From an uncultured Gammaproteobacteria bacterium (GTDB lineage: Bacteria > Patescibacteriota > Patescibacteriia > UBA1558 > S5-K13), in contig CAYRHT010000005.1 of the NCBI GenBank assembly GCA_964424195.1, positions 8,864-72,863 on the forward strand: a DNA stretch of 64,000 nt, written 5' to 3'. The notes under the pieces were generated by a model, which had not been told where the DNA came from, did no database searches, and worked only from the letters and a program-made list of their open reading frames with translations. Shown here one piece after another: positions 20,221-30,402 of this stretch (the first letter of the stretch is position 1; each line of letters starts with the position of its first letter). A program made the position numbers and the translations under genes.

Positions 20221-20616
20221 TTATTTCTGACATCCGCAATCTCTTATTCCTTTACTAAGACCCCTACCCATTCCTATTTTTCCTTCAATTCCTAATTCTT
20301 TCATTATTTCTTGGGCTCCTTTATAATCTCCTGCTTGTTTTAGTCGATGAGCTTCTTGGAATCTAGCAAAGTTATCAGCAGTGATATAGTCAGTTATTTT
20401 TCGTCTTTCTTCTAAGGCTTCTTTCCATTCTTCAAAGGTACCGCTTTCCATAATTTCTTGCATTTTTGCTTGATGAGCTTCTCTTTCAACTTTTATCTCA
20501 GTAGTAAGTTCTGGCCGATTCATTTCTCTCTTTTCTTTTATTTGAGCATCCACTAAAGATACTGTTCCCGCTGTTATTACTAAAGCAATAGCAGCGATAA
20601 GTAACGTCTTTTTCAT
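20221..20616 (-). CDS. small secreted hypothetical protein (signal peptide, Glu/Lys-rich, C-terminal CGCQK)
   Basis: MKKTLLIAAIALVITAGTVSLVDAQ signal-peptide-like N-terminus. Confidence 0.45.
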   Translation of the reverse strand: MKKTLLIAAIALVITAGTVSLVDAQIKEKREMNRPELTTEIKVEREAHQAKMQEIMESGTFEEWKEALEERRKITDYITADNFARFQEAHRLKQAGDYKGAQEIMKELGIEGKIGMGRGLSKGIRDCGCQK

Positions 20617-20682
20617 ATTGTTATTTTATTTTTTAAATAGCTTTGCGCGCTTGTTATTTAGTATTACGCAAATTTTAAAAAA

Positions 20683-21426
20683 TTATTTCATTGAACAACT
20701 AGAACAAGAACAAGATGGAGCAGGTTTAATTATGAAAGCATGAAAAGTATCTTTATTTATTTTTTCTCCTAGAGTCCTTATTTCTAAACCAAGTTCTAAA
20801 TCTATTTTTGGAGAAGTTATTCTTTTAAATTTAGCTGCAGTAATTTTATTTTTAACTATAATAATTTTCCATTGTTTTTTATTAAAGTCTTCTAAGTTAA
20901 AATTATTTTGGTCAGTAATTGAGATTATTTTTCCAGAAAGCATTCCTTGGTCTTCTTGGAGCCATAATTTCTTCCGGGAAGCCATAATTTCTTCATAAAA
21001 TGGTGATTTATGAGAGAAGGAACTATCAATATTATTTCCTATTCCTTGAGCATAGAAGAAGCTTCCTAAAAGGATATTTAGAACTACACTGATAATTATT
21101 ATTTTATATACTTCAATCTTATAACCATCTTTAGTTTGTTTTAGGGTGTAGCGAAAGACTATTACAAAAATAATCATGCCTATTATCCAAAAGTAAGGTA
21201 AAGTTTGAACAATTAGTCTTAGAGGCGCAGGATGCATCATTCTAAAAAGGGGATAATCGTTATTATTAATAATATTGATGATAACTGAAACACTTAAAGA
21301 ACTGATTACTAAAGATAGAATTCCCAAGGACCAGGCTAGAAGATTTTTTAATACAAAAATCCATTTAGCTTTAGGTTCAAGCTTATCTTTTTTTATTTCT
21401 TTTAAAATATCTTTTCCTAAGCTCAT
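20683..21426 (-). CDS. membrane protein, candidate anti-sigma factor (start overlaps the ECF sigma stop by 4 nt)
   Basis: 4-nt overlap with upstream ECF sigma gene; multiple TM helices; C-terminal SCSCSSCS tail. Confidence 0.5.
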   Translation of the reverse strand: MSLGKDILKEIKKDKLEPKAKWIFVLKNLLAWSLGILSLVISSLSVSVIINIINNNDYPLFRMMHPAPLRLIVQTLPYFWIIGMIIFVIVFRYTLKQTKDGYKIEVYKIIIISVVLNILLGSFFYAQGIGNNIDSSFSHKSPFYEEIMASRKKLWLQEDQGMLSGKIISITDQNNFNLEDFNKKQWKIIIVKNKITAAKFKRITSPKIDLELGLEIRTLGEKINKDTFHAFIIKPAPSCSCSSCSMK

Positions 21427-22004
21427 ATAGTTATATTTTCATTTTTTATAATATTATTTAATTTCTTTTTAGCTCGATTAATTAATGTCCCAACACTATT
21501 TCTTGGTTTTTTAATAATATCTGATATTTCTTCGTAAGTTTTTTCTTCCAAATACTTCAAAATTATGACTTCTTTATATTTAATATCTAATTTATTAATA
21601 ATATTTGTTATCTTATTCTTCAGAATCTTTTGGTCTATTTCTTTTTCAATATTTAAATCACTTTTGATTCTTTCTAGGATATCTTCATTTATTTCAGAAT
21701 TTATTTTCTCAGGACGAACTTTTAGTTTTCTAAAGTTAGAAATTACTTCATTATGAGCAATCCTGTATATCCAAGAGGAGAATTTTAATTTAGAATCAAA
21801 TCCATTTAAGTTAGTATATACTTTAATAAATATTTCTTGTAATAGGTCTTCTGCATCTTCAAAATTAATATTAGTAATTCTTCTAATGTACCTCATTAAA
21901 GGGTCTTCATATTTTTTTACGATGCATAAAAAATAGTCTGAGTTTTCAAGACTTAATTTCACTAGTTCAATATCTTTTTTATCTAAACAATCTTTTTCTT
22001 CCAT
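21423..22004 (-). CDS. ECF-type RNA polymerase sigma-70 factor
   Basis: region 2 (LLQEIFIKVYTNLNGFD...WIYRIAHNEVISNFRK) and region 4 (TYEEISDIIKKPRNSVGTLINRAKKKL). Confidence 0.8.
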   Translation of the reverse strand: MEEKDCLDKKDIELVKLSLENSDYFLCIVKKYEDPLMRYIRRITNINFEDAEDLLQEIFIKVYTNLNGFDSKLKFSSWIYRIAHNEVISNFRKLKVRPEKINSEINEDILERIKSDLNIEKEIDQKILKNKITNIINKLDIKYKEVIILKYLEEKTYEEISDIIKKPRNSVGTLINRAKKKLNNIIKNENITI

Positions 22005-22136
22005 AAGTTCACTATATTACATAATACGCAGATTACCAAGAATTATTTCGATTGATACTCATTTTGTTAATAAAACCCTTTTATTTGTGAGGATTCAGTG
22101 TTAATATAAACATATTATAAATAAGAAGGGAAAAAT

Positions 22137-23189
22137 ATGGCTATTAAAATAGATACAATACTTTTACCAAAAGAACTTACTGTTGATTCAATAGTTAGCT
22201 TAGCTATTGTTTACAAATACTGTAAGAAGAAAATGACTGGCTTATCAAAAGCTAAATTAGAATTTAGAGCTTCATTACCTAAAGGAAAGGTAATGAACTA
22301 TTATCTTAAACAAGGAATACTACCTCTAATGCCTTTAGAAGACAATGTATTAGTCTTAGAACAAACAGCAAATTGTAATGACACTTCTTTACATGACTAT
22401 CCAATAGTTAATCAAGTAATCACTACCTTAAAAGATACTAGTCATACTCCAGATGAACGGGGTCTTATTTTCTCTTGGAATTATTTAACTGAGATTTTAA
22501 AAGATGACCCAGAAAAGATTTTTAAATTAGTTTTACCAATTTTAAAAGAATATATTAATTACTTAGAAGACAAGAGAGTAGAGTTTTTAGATTATTGTCA
22601 GAAAGCTATCGAGAAAGGTAAATTAACTAGCTTTGTTACTTATCAAAACCAACAAAAGTTAAAAGTAGTTTTTATAGGGTACAATTCTGATGATATGGTT
22701 AAATACTTGTTCTATAAGAAAGAAGTTATGGCTGATGTAGTAGTATTATTTAAAGAAAAGGGAGAGATATTTATCAAAGCTCGAGAAGACAAGCAAATTG
22801 ATTTAATGGACGTAGTAGCTATTCTGAGAGTAGAAACAGCTCGGCACAAGAAGATTCCTTTTGATAAGATAAATAAACATGTTTTGAATAGAAGTGGTAT
22901 TATGGAAGGTATTGAGTATTGGAACTTTGAACCAGCTTATCATAGAATTAGGTCAATTAAGAATAGTAATTTAGATAAATTAACCATTAAGAAAGCTTTA
23001 ATGATTGGTTTAGATATTGAAAGAATGGCTAAGGGAGAATGTCCACCACAAGTAGGTTGTAAAGGAAAGAAATGTTCATACTATTCATACAATATGCTAA
23101 GATGTCGAAAGAGAAGAGCTGGAGCTAAAGATAATTATCAACCTAAAGATAAAGGCAATAGAAGTAATATTAGGGTAGTTAGGAAATAA
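22137..23189 (+). CDS. hypothetical protein (350 aa), Cys-rich C-terminal segment
   Basis: RBS gaagggaaaaat ATG; no family recognised. Confidence 0.45.
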   Translation: MAIKIDTILLPKELTVDSIVSLAIVYKYCKKKMTGLSKAKLEFRASLPKGKVMNYYLKQGILPLMPLEDNVLVLEQTANCNDTSLHDYPIVNQVITTLKDTSHTPDERGLIFSWNYLTEILKDDPEKIFKLVLPILKEYINYLEDKRVEFLDYCQKAIEKGKLTSFVTYQNQQKLKVVFIGYNSDDMVKYLFYKKEVMADVVVLFKEKGEIFIKAREDKQIDLMDVVAILRVETARHKKIPFDKINKHVLNRSGIMEGIEYWNFEPAYHRIRSIKNSNLDKLTIKKALMIGLDIERMAKGECPPQVGCKGKKCSYYSYNMLRCRKRRAGAKDNYQPKDKGNRSNIRVVRK

Positions 23190-23333
23190 ATATAATATTT
23201 AAAATAAAAAATATAAAAAGTTCGTTAAAGTTAATGGACTTTTTATATTTTTCTTAGCTCTTGACTCAAAAGGCATTTGGTAGTAAAATTGTAGCTACCT
23301 TGTATCTAATTTAAATATTAAATTATATAATAT

Positions 23334-26141
23334 ATGCCTTCAAAAAATATTGTCATTAAAGGTGCTAGAGTCCATAATTTACAGAATGTGGACTTAGAAC
23401 TTCCTAAGAATAAATTTACAGTAATTAGTGGGCTTTCTGGTTCAGGAAAGTCTTCTTTAGCTTTTGATACTCTTTATGCTGAAAGTCAGAGAAGATATAT
23501 GGAATCTCTTTCAGCTTATTCTAAACAATTCTTAGATTTAATGGATAAGCCTGATGTAGATAGTATTGAAGGTCTTCCCCCAGCTATATCTATTGGTCAG
23601 GGAAGTAATAATCGGAGCCCTAGATCAACAGTGGGAACAGTTACTGAAATTTATGATTATCTTAGATTATTATTTGCTAGAATTGGAAAAGTATATTGTC
23701 CAAAGTGTAATAATTTAATTGAAAAACAAGATTTAAAGAAAATTAATAGCAATGTCCAAAAGAAATATTTGAATAAAGAGATTATAATCTTAGCTCCAAT
23801 TACTAAGAGTCACAAAACTAGTAATGCTAGTGTTTTAAAAAAGATTAAGAAGTCTAGCTATGATTTAGTAAGAGTGGATAAAGATTTTTATACCATTGAT
23901 GAAGCTCTTAAGTTAAACTTTGATGGAAACAAGTCTCATCAAATAGATATTATAGTTGATAAATTAAAACCAAGTTCAGAAAAGAAAGCTAAGAACTCTT
24001 TAGCAGAAGCAATTGCCACAGCCATAGATTTATCTAATGGTTATCTTGTTGTTTACGATAATGTTTTAGCAGAAGAAAGTATTTTTAGTAAACAATTATA
24101 CTGCCCCAGCTGTGATGTTAGCTTTCCAGATATAGAGCCAAGAAACTTTTCATTTAATAGTCCTCATGGAGCTTGTCAGAAATGTGGTGGTTTAGGCATT
24201 AAGTTAAAACTTGATTCAGAATTAGTTATTCCTAATTCAAAACTTAGTTTAAATCAAGGAGCTATTAGGCTTTTGTTTAAGATTTCAGTAAATCAGAATA
24301 ATTATTACAAGATATTAGAAAAAGCAGTAGGTAGTTCTAAGATAGATATCAATATTCCAGTTAATAATCTTAAGAAAGAAGATTTAGATATAATTTTATA
24401 CGGTTCTAAAGAAAAAGATGCTTTTGAAGGTGTGATTCCTTTTTTAGAAAAGAAACACCAGGAAACAGATTCAGACTATGTAAGATCAGAGATTGAAAAA
24501 TGTATGAGAACCTATGAATGTCCTTCTTGTCATGGTAAAAGATTAAAAAAAGAGTCTTTAGCTGTAAAAATACTAGATAATAATATTAGTGATATTGGTT
24601 CTTTGACTATTGAAGTAGCTAAGAAGTTTTTTGAAGGTATTGCTAAACAAAAAAAAGACCATTTATTGAATAAAAAAGATTTTCAGATTGCAGAGAGAAT
24701 ACTTAAGGAAATTACTTTCAGATTAAATTCAATTAATGAGGTTGGTTTAAACTATTTAACGTTAGATAGATCAGCTGTTTCTTTGTCAGGTGGTGAAATG
24801 CAGAGAATTAGACTAGCTACTCAAATTAATTCTTCTTTATCAGGTGTTTTATATATTCTTGATGAACCTTCAATTGGTCTTCATCAAAAAGATAATTTTA
24901 GATTAATTAAAACTCTAAAAAATCTTCAAGATTTGGGTAACACCATTATTGTTATTGAACATGATCGGGATACTATCTTAGCTTCTGATTATTTAGTTGA
25001 TGTTGGTCCTGGTGCTGGAGAAAATGGTGGTAAAATTATTTCTGTTGGAACTCCAGAGCAAGTTAAAAAAGACAAGAACTCTATTACTGGTAAATATTTA
25101 TCAAATAAATTGAAAATTGAAGTTCCTAAGAAACATCACAAGGGAAATGGTAAATATTTAGAAATAATTGGAGCTAATGAGTTTAATTTAAAGAATATTG
25201 ATGTTAAAATACCTTTAGGGAAGTTAGTTTGTGTAACTGGAGTTTCTGGTTCTGGAAAATCTACTTTAATATTTGAAATACTAGGCAAAGCTTTATCAAA
25301 TAAATTAACTAGAGCAAAAGATCTTCCGGGAGAGCATCAAGAAATTAAAGGATTAAAGAATATTGATAAAGTAATTAATATTGATCAATCTCCAATTGGT
25401 AGAACTCCTCGTTCAAATCCAGCTACTTATACTGGAGTTTTCACCTACATTAGAGATTTATTTGCTAATTTACCAGAATCTAAAATTAGAGGTTATAAGT
25501 TAGGTAAATTTAGTTTTAATGTTCGAGGTGGAAGATGTGAAGAATGTCAGGGAAATGGTTTAGTTAAGATAGGTATGAATTTCTTACCAGATATGTATGT
25601 TGAATGTGAAGAGTGCCGAGGTAAGAGATATAATTCTGATATTTTAGAAATTCATTATAAAGATAAAGATATTGCCGAGGTCTTAGATATGACAGTTAGT
25701 GAAGCAATGATTTTCTTCAAGAATATTCCAAACATTTCTAATAAATTGAAAACTTTGAATAATGTTGGCCTAGGATATTTGAAATTAGGACAATCAGCAA
25801 CAACTTTGTCGGGTGGTGAAGCTCAGAGAGTTAAATTAGCCACAGAATTATCAAGAAAGGCTACTGGTAAAACTCTATACATTCTTGATGAGCCAACAAC
25901 AGGTTTACATTTTGATGATATTAACAAATTGATTGATGTTTTACAAAAACTAGTTGATAAAGGTAATAGTGTTTTAATTATTGAACATAACCTAGATGTT
26001 ATTAAATGTGCTGATTGGATTATAGATTTAGGACCAGGTGGTGGTGATAAAGGTGGTGAAATTGTTGCTCAAGGAACACCTAAAGAAGTTGTTAAAGTTA
26101 AAAAATCATATACTGGAAAATATTTGTCTGAATTAATATAA
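23334..26141 (+). CDS. uvrA: excinuclease ABC subunit A
   Basis: VIKGARVHNLQNVDLELP...TVISGLSGSGKSSLAFDTLYAE, two ABC modules (second Walker A GVSGSGKST), LSGGE signatures, zinc-finger cysteines. Confidence 0.95.
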   Translation: MPSKNIVIKGARVHNLQNVDLELPKNKFTVISGLSGSGKSSLAFDTLYAESQRRYMESLSAYSKQFLDLMDKPDVDSIEGLPPAISIGQGSNNRSPRSTVGTVTEIYDYLRLLFARIGKVYCPKCNNLIEKQDLKKINSNVQKKYLNKEIIILAPITKSHKTSNASVLKKIKKSSYDLVRVDKDFYTIDEALKLNFDGNKSHQIDIIVDKLKPSSEKKAKNSLAEAIATAIDLSNGYLVVYDNVLAEESIFSKQLYCPSCDVSFPDIEPRNFSFNSPHGACQKCGGLGIKLKLDSELVIPNSKLSLNQGAIRLLFKISVNQNNYYKILEKAVGSSKIDINIPVNNLKKEDLDIILYGSKEKDAFEGVIPFLEKKHQETDSDYVRSEIEKCMRTYECPSCHGKRLKKESLAVKILDNNISDIGSLTIEVAKKFFEGIAKQKKDHLLNKKDFQIAERILKEITFRLNSINEVGLNYLTLDRSAVSLSGGEMQRIRLATQINSSLSGVLYILDEPSIGLHQKDNFRLIKTLKNLQDLGNTIIVIEHDRDTILASDYLVDVGPGAGENGGKIISVGTPEQVKKDKNSITGKYLSNKLKIEVPKKHHKGNGKYLEIIGANEFNLKNIDVKIPLGKLVCVTGVSGSGKSTLIFEILGKALSNKLTRAKDLPGEHQEIKGLKNIDKVINIDQSPIGRTPRSNPATYTGVFTYIRDLFANLPESKIRGYKLGKFSFNVRGGRCEECQGNGLVKIGMNFLPDMYVECEECRGKRYNSDILEIHYKDKDIAEVLDMTVSEAMIFFKNIPNISNKLKTLNNVGLGYLKLGQSATTLSGGEAQRVKLATELSRKATGKTLYILDEPTTGLHFDDINKLIDVLQKLVDKGNSVLIIEHNLDVIKCADWIIDLGPGGGDKGGEIVAQGTPKEVVKVKKSYTGKYLSELI

Positions 26142-26145
26142 AAAA

Positions 26146-27066
26146 ATGGACAATCTAGAAAAAGCAGTAATTAAAACTATAATTTATTATGATATTTTTG
26201 ATTACCCTTTAACTGTCGTAGAATTATGGCAGTGGCTTTGGAAATACAAATGCAAGTTATCAGAACTTGTTTTTTGTTTAGAAAATGGTGAGGATTTAAG
26301 AAGACAGATAGAGACTAAGAATGGTTTTTATTTCTTAAAAGGTCGGAAAGACTTATTAAACACTCGTAAGACAAGAAGAGATTATAGTGTAAATAAGTGG
26401 AAAATAGCTTTAAAGGCTACAAAGTTTCTAAGAACTATTCCCTTTATTAAAACAATTATGCTTTGCAATTCCATTGCTTATTTTAATGCTGAGAAAGATA
26501 GTGATATTGATTTTTTTATTATTGTGAAAGAAAAATATTTGTGGTTAACTAGATTTTTAATTACAAGTACTTTACATATTTTAAGACTTAGAAGACATGG
26601 TAATAAGATAAATAACAGAATTTGTTTAAGTTTTTATATAACAGATAATAACTTAGATTTAGAAAAACTTTATAATAAAAATAATATGTATCTTCATGCT
26701 TGGATAAAAGATTTAGTGCCAATATTTGATAGAGATACATATGCTAATTTATGGGTTGCTAATAATTGGATTAAAAATTACATTCCTAACATTGTTCCTA
26801 TAGAAATAATTAATAATTGGATTGTAAAAGATAATAATTTAACTGTATTCATAAGAAATTTTCAAGAAACTATTTTGGATAACATCTTTGGTATATCGTT
26901 AAATTTTATTTTTAAAAAAATACAATTAATGAAGATGAGTTTGAATAAGAAATCTAGAAGACAAGAAAAAAATGATTGTGTTATTATAAATGATCAAATA
27001 TTGAAGTTTCACGAAGCTGGCTTAGAAAAAATAAACAAGTTACTTTCTCAAATGAGAAATGTATAA
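26146..27066 (+). CDS. hypothetical protein with possible nucleotidyltransferase-fold motif
   Basis: CNSIAYFNAEKDSDIDFFII fits the hG[GS]x9-13DhDh pattern loosely. Confidence 0.35.
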   Translation: MDNLEKAVIKTIIYYDIFDYPLTVVELWQWLWKYKCKLSELVFCLENGEDLRRQIETKNGFYFLKGRKDLLNTRKTRRDYSVNKWKIALKATKFLRTIPFIKTIMLCNSIAYFNAEKDSDIDFFIIVKEKYLWLTRFLITSTLHILRLRRHGNKINNRICLSFYITDNNLDLEKLYNKNNMYLHAWIKDLVPIFDRDTYANLWVANNWIKNYIPNIVPIEIINNWIVKDNNLTVFIRNFQETILDNIFGISLNFIFKKIQLMKMSLNKKSRRQEKNDCVIINDQILKFHEAGLEKINKLLSQMRNV

Positions 27067-27071
27067 AAAAT

Positions 27072-27797
27072 ATGAATCTATTTTTTAAAAGTATTGATGA
27101 ACAGAGAAAATTTATTAATTCTAGAATTAATAAAATATATCCAGATTTCAAAACAGGTGGAGATTTTTTTAGAGAGTATATTGAGGACAATATTAGTAAT
27201 AAAGTTGTTCTAGATGCGGGGTGTGGTGATAGTGGAATTGTGGCTGAATTTAAGAGTAAAACAAAATTAATAATAGGTGTTGATTTAAATAATATATTGT
27301 TAATGAATAATAATATAGTTGATAAAAAAATATTATCCGATTTAGAAAATATTTCATTGGAAAATTCTTCTATTGATGTGATTATTTGTGAATTTGTTAT
27401 TGAACACTTAAAACATCCATTATTAGTTTTTAAGGAATTTAACAGAGTTTTAAAAAAGAATGGTGTTTTAATTTTTATTACTCCAAATATATTAAACCCA
27501 ATAATGAGTATAAGTAAAATTTTACCTTTAAGTGTCCATAAGACTTTAAGGAAGAAAATATTAAATAAGAGGGAGGACACACATCAAACATACTATTATA
27601 CTAATAAATATTCCAAATTATTAGAGATTGGTTTTAAAGTTGGTTTTTCTAAATGCGATATTGTTCGTGCTGGGAATCCGGAATATTTTGGGTTTTGTAA
27701 AATTTTAGTCTATCCTTCGATTTTCTTTGAAAAAATTATCGATAATAGTCTTTTCGATTTTTTAAAGATGTATTTGGTAGGTTTGTATAGAAAGTAA
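27072..27797 (+). CDS. class I SAM-dependent methyltransferase
   Basis: motif I VLDAGCGDSGIV; motif post-I/II spacing typical of Methyltransf_11-like. Confidence 0.7.
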   Translation: MNLFFKSIDEQRKFINSRINKIYPDFKTGGDFFREYIEDNISNKVVLDAGCGDSGIVAEFKSKTKLIIGVDLNNILLMNNNIVDKKILSDLENISLENSSIDVIICEFVIEHLKHPLLVFKEFNRVLKKNGVLIFITPNILNPIMSISKILPLSVHKTLRKKILNKREDTHQTYYYTNKYSKLLEIGFKVGFSKCDIVRAGNPEYFGFCKILVYPSIFFEKIIDNSLFDFLKMYLVGLYRK

Positions 27798-27808
27798 TAA
27801 ATAAAAGT

Positions 27809-29071
27809 ATGTTTAATAAATTAATAGAATATCTGCTCTACATCTTTGTTTTTTTAATTCCTTGGCAAACTAGGTATATTTATAGGTCTTTAACTTTAGG
27901 TGGCGAGTTATTTGAATATGGAAAACTATCTTTTTATTTGAGCGAATTATTCTTAATTTTATTTATCATTTGCTCAATGATTTATATAAAAAAGAATAGT
28001 CTGTCTAAAGAAAAAGTATCTAAGACTTCAGTTATTATTTTTGTTTTTTTATTAATTACAATAATTTCTTTCTTTGGAGCTTTAAGTCAACAACTATATC
28101 TTTATGGTTTAATAAAGCTAATGGAAGTGATTATTTTATACTTTTTAATTACTAGAATAAAGTTTAATTACATAAAGATAGGTCTAGTCTTTGTTATTAG
28201 CATGCTTGTTCATAGTATTTTAGGGATATATCAATTCTTCTCTCAAAGCATCTTTGCTAGTAAATATTTAGGAATTGCCGAACAAGCTTCAAGTCAGGGC
28301 GGAGTATCAGTTTTAGAAGGAGGTTTTGGAAGATTATTAAGAGTTTATGGTGGATTTTCTCACCCTAATATTTTTGGAGGATTTTTAGTGATAGCAATTT
28401 TAATTTTAATTAGTATTTACTTAAAACAAAAAAAGAAAGCTATTTTATTTTACTTTAGTTTAATAATATTATTTAGTGCTCTAATTTTAACTTTCTCTCG
28501 TTCAGCATTTTTAGCTTTATTCTTAAGTTTATTTATTCTACTTATCTATTCTGTTTCTAAAAAGGTAGAAGTTAAGAAAATTATCTCTGTTTTATTAATC
28601 TTAATTCTAGTTTCTGGTATTAGCTTTGTTTTATTTAATGACCTTTTAAAGACTAGAATGCAGGGACAAGAGAGGTTAGAAGTAAAATCAAATACAGAGA
28701 GGACTGTTTTAAAGAATCAGGCTTTTAAATTATTAAATAAGAATTGGTTTCTAGGAGCTGGGATTAATAATTATATTTTTACTGTACATGAAAAGATTGA
28801 TAATGCCTTAGATGTTTGGGAGTATCAACCAGTTCACAATGTTTATTTATTGATTTTAATAGAGCTAGGTATTTTAGGTTTAATTTCTTATATTTATCTT
28901 TTAATTTATAGTCTTTATAAAGCTTTTAGCTCTAATGATTTGAATAAAGTTATTTTAGGACTAATTATTTTAACTATTATCATAATTAATTTCTTTGATC
29001 ATTATTTTTGGACTTATTGGAGTGGATTAGTTATGACTTTCTTAATTATTGGTCTGGTAAATAAAAAATAG
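27809..29071 (+). CDS. O-antigen ligase/polymerase-like (Wzy_C domain) polytopic membrane protein
   Basis: about 10-12 TM helices; LTFSRSAFLALFLSL region resembles the Wzy_C signature. Confidence 0.55.
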   Translation: MFNKLIEYLLYIFVFLIPWQTRYIYRSLTLGGELFEYGKLSFYLSELFLILFIICSMIYIKKNSLSKEKVSKTSVIIFVFLLITIISFFGALSQQLYLYGLIKLMEVIILYFLITRIKFNYIKIGLVFVISMLVHSILGIYQFFSQSIFASKYLGIAEQASSQGGVSVLEGGFGRLLRVYGGFSHPNIFGGFLVIAILILISIYLKQKKKAILFYFSLIILFSALILTFSRSAFLALFLSLFILLIYSVSKKVEVKKIISVLLILILVSGISFVLFNDLLKTRMQGQERLEVKSNTERTVLKNQAFKLLNKNWFLGAGINNYIFTVHEKIDNALDVWEYQPVHNVYLLILIELGILGLISYIYLLIYSLYKAFSSNDLNKVILGLIILTIIIINFFDHYFWTYWSGLVMTFLIIGLVNKK

Positions 29072-29114
29072 AGAAGAATACTTCTCTATTTCTAAAAGTC
29101 TCATTAATTTGAGA

Positions 29115-29813
29115 TTATTTTTTTGTCTTTAAATGAATTAAGTAAGAGCCTAGAGTAGTTCCAATTAGTATAGTAGCTATTGCTAGGATAAATATTGGCA
29201 GACGATAATTTACTGGTAAGAATCCTTCAATAGCTATCAATAATCCAGAGAGCATGAATAATTTACCACCAAAGCTATGAGTCTTATTCCAAACCTCTTC
29301 CGAAGAAAGAGTCCAGGGAGTTCTAATTCCCATAAACCAGTTCATTTTTATCTTACTCATATATTTTCCAAGGATTATGAATAACAAGCCAATCATTAAA
29401 GGTATATAGATGCTTATGTTTATACTATAACCAATAGCACTGAGATTAGTTATTAAGAGAATTAGAGCAAAGAATAACAGTAAGACACTTTTAAAGATAT
29501 GATATACTTTTTTGAATTGTTCGTACCTTTCTCGTCGAGGGTCAATATAGGGAATAAATAAAAATAATAGATAAATACCAATCATTACTAAATTAATAGT
29601 TATGAGATGAGAAAAACTAGATCCCCAATTATCAATTTCTCCTTTAAAGTTCCAATGAGTAGGAATTTTTTCTGGCATTTGTTGGAAGAAATAAAAAGAA
29701 GAGATAATTGAAAAAACAATTAAGAGAATTGGTAGAATCTCTGTTTTCCAAGTTGGTTTGATAGGATTTTTCATAATTTTAATGTTAATTATCTTATATT
29801 TTAAGTATATCAT
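29115..29813 (-). CDS. SdpI/YhfL-family membrane protein (with DUF1648-like N-terminus)
   Basis: NWFMGIRTPWTLSSEEVW motif (GxRT.WT) and 6 TM helices. Confidence 0.5.
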   Translation of the reverse strand: MIYLKYKIINIKIMKNPIKPTWKTEILPILLIVFSIISSFYFFQQMPEKIPTHWNFKGEIDNWGSSFSHLITINLVMIGIYLLFLFIPYIDPRRERYEQFKKVYHIFKSVLLLFFALILLITNLSAIGYSINISIYIPLMIGLLFIILGKYMSKIKMNWFMGIRTPWTLSSEEVWNKTHSFGGKLFMLSGLLIAIEGFLPVNYRLPIFILAIATILIGTTLGSYLIHLKTKK

Positions 29814-29882
29814 ATTATATAAGTTAGAATATTTTTAGATTATTGCTATAATAAAGGTAAGTATATTAATTAATATTAAAGT

Positions 29883-30131
29883 ATGGAAAAAATGCAGGAA
29901 GGTATTAGTTCAGAGAATGAGAACTCTTGTAAAGAATGTGGAGATGAAGTAATTTTCATGGATGGTCTTTGTGAAGCTTGTTATGAAGAAAGTTTCTATG
30001 AAAATAATAGTTTTGAAAGTCGTAAAAAAGCTCCAGATATGAAGGTCAGCGGGCGAGCAATGCAAGATCCTCATCAACAAGAGATCAGTAGAAAAAGAAC
30101 AATATCTAAAATTAGTAGAAAGAAAAAGTAG
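29883..30131 (+). CDS. small Cys-containing hypothetical protein (82 aa)
   Basis: CKECGDE...CEAC zinc-ribbon-like pairs. Confidence 0.3.
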   Translation: MEKMQEGISSENENSCKECGDEVIFMDGLCEACYEESFYENNSFESRKKAPDMKVSGRAMQDPHQQEISRKRTISKISRKKK

Positions 30132-30201
30132 GTTTAAATATTGACTTTTTCAAATTTTCTGGTATATTAAGAGAACATTGTTATTCGTATTTTTTTATTT
30201 T

Positions 30202-30276
30202 GCCCCGGTAGTTCAGTGGATAGAACAAGAGCCTTCTAAGCTTTAGACCTAAGTTCGATTCTTAGCCGGGGTACCA
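30202..30276 (+). tRNA. tRNA-Arg (anticodon TCT), CCA encoded
   Basis: cloverleaf folded by hand: acceptor gccccgg/ccggggt, D-arm gttc...gaac, anticodon loop cTTCTaa, T-arm ctaag-ttcgatt-cttag. Confidence 0.9.
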
Positions 30277-30277
30277 T

Positions 30278-30342
30278 GGTGAGTGTAGCTCAATGGTAGA
30301 GCCCTGGTTTGTGGTACCAGTGGTTGTGGGTTCAAATCCCGT
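30278..30342 (+). pseudogene. truncated copy of tRNA-His 5' portion (G-1 through T-arm); 3' acceptor strand missing
   Basis: ~62 nt nearly identical (1 mismatch) to 31026-31088, then diverges (gttaaccaaa instead of atcactcacc), so no acceptor pairing possible. Confidence 0.7.
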
Positions 30343-30402
30343 TAACCAAACACTTTCATATAGTAACGTTAAGACTTTGGAAAAGAATTAAATTATTAAG
30401 TT

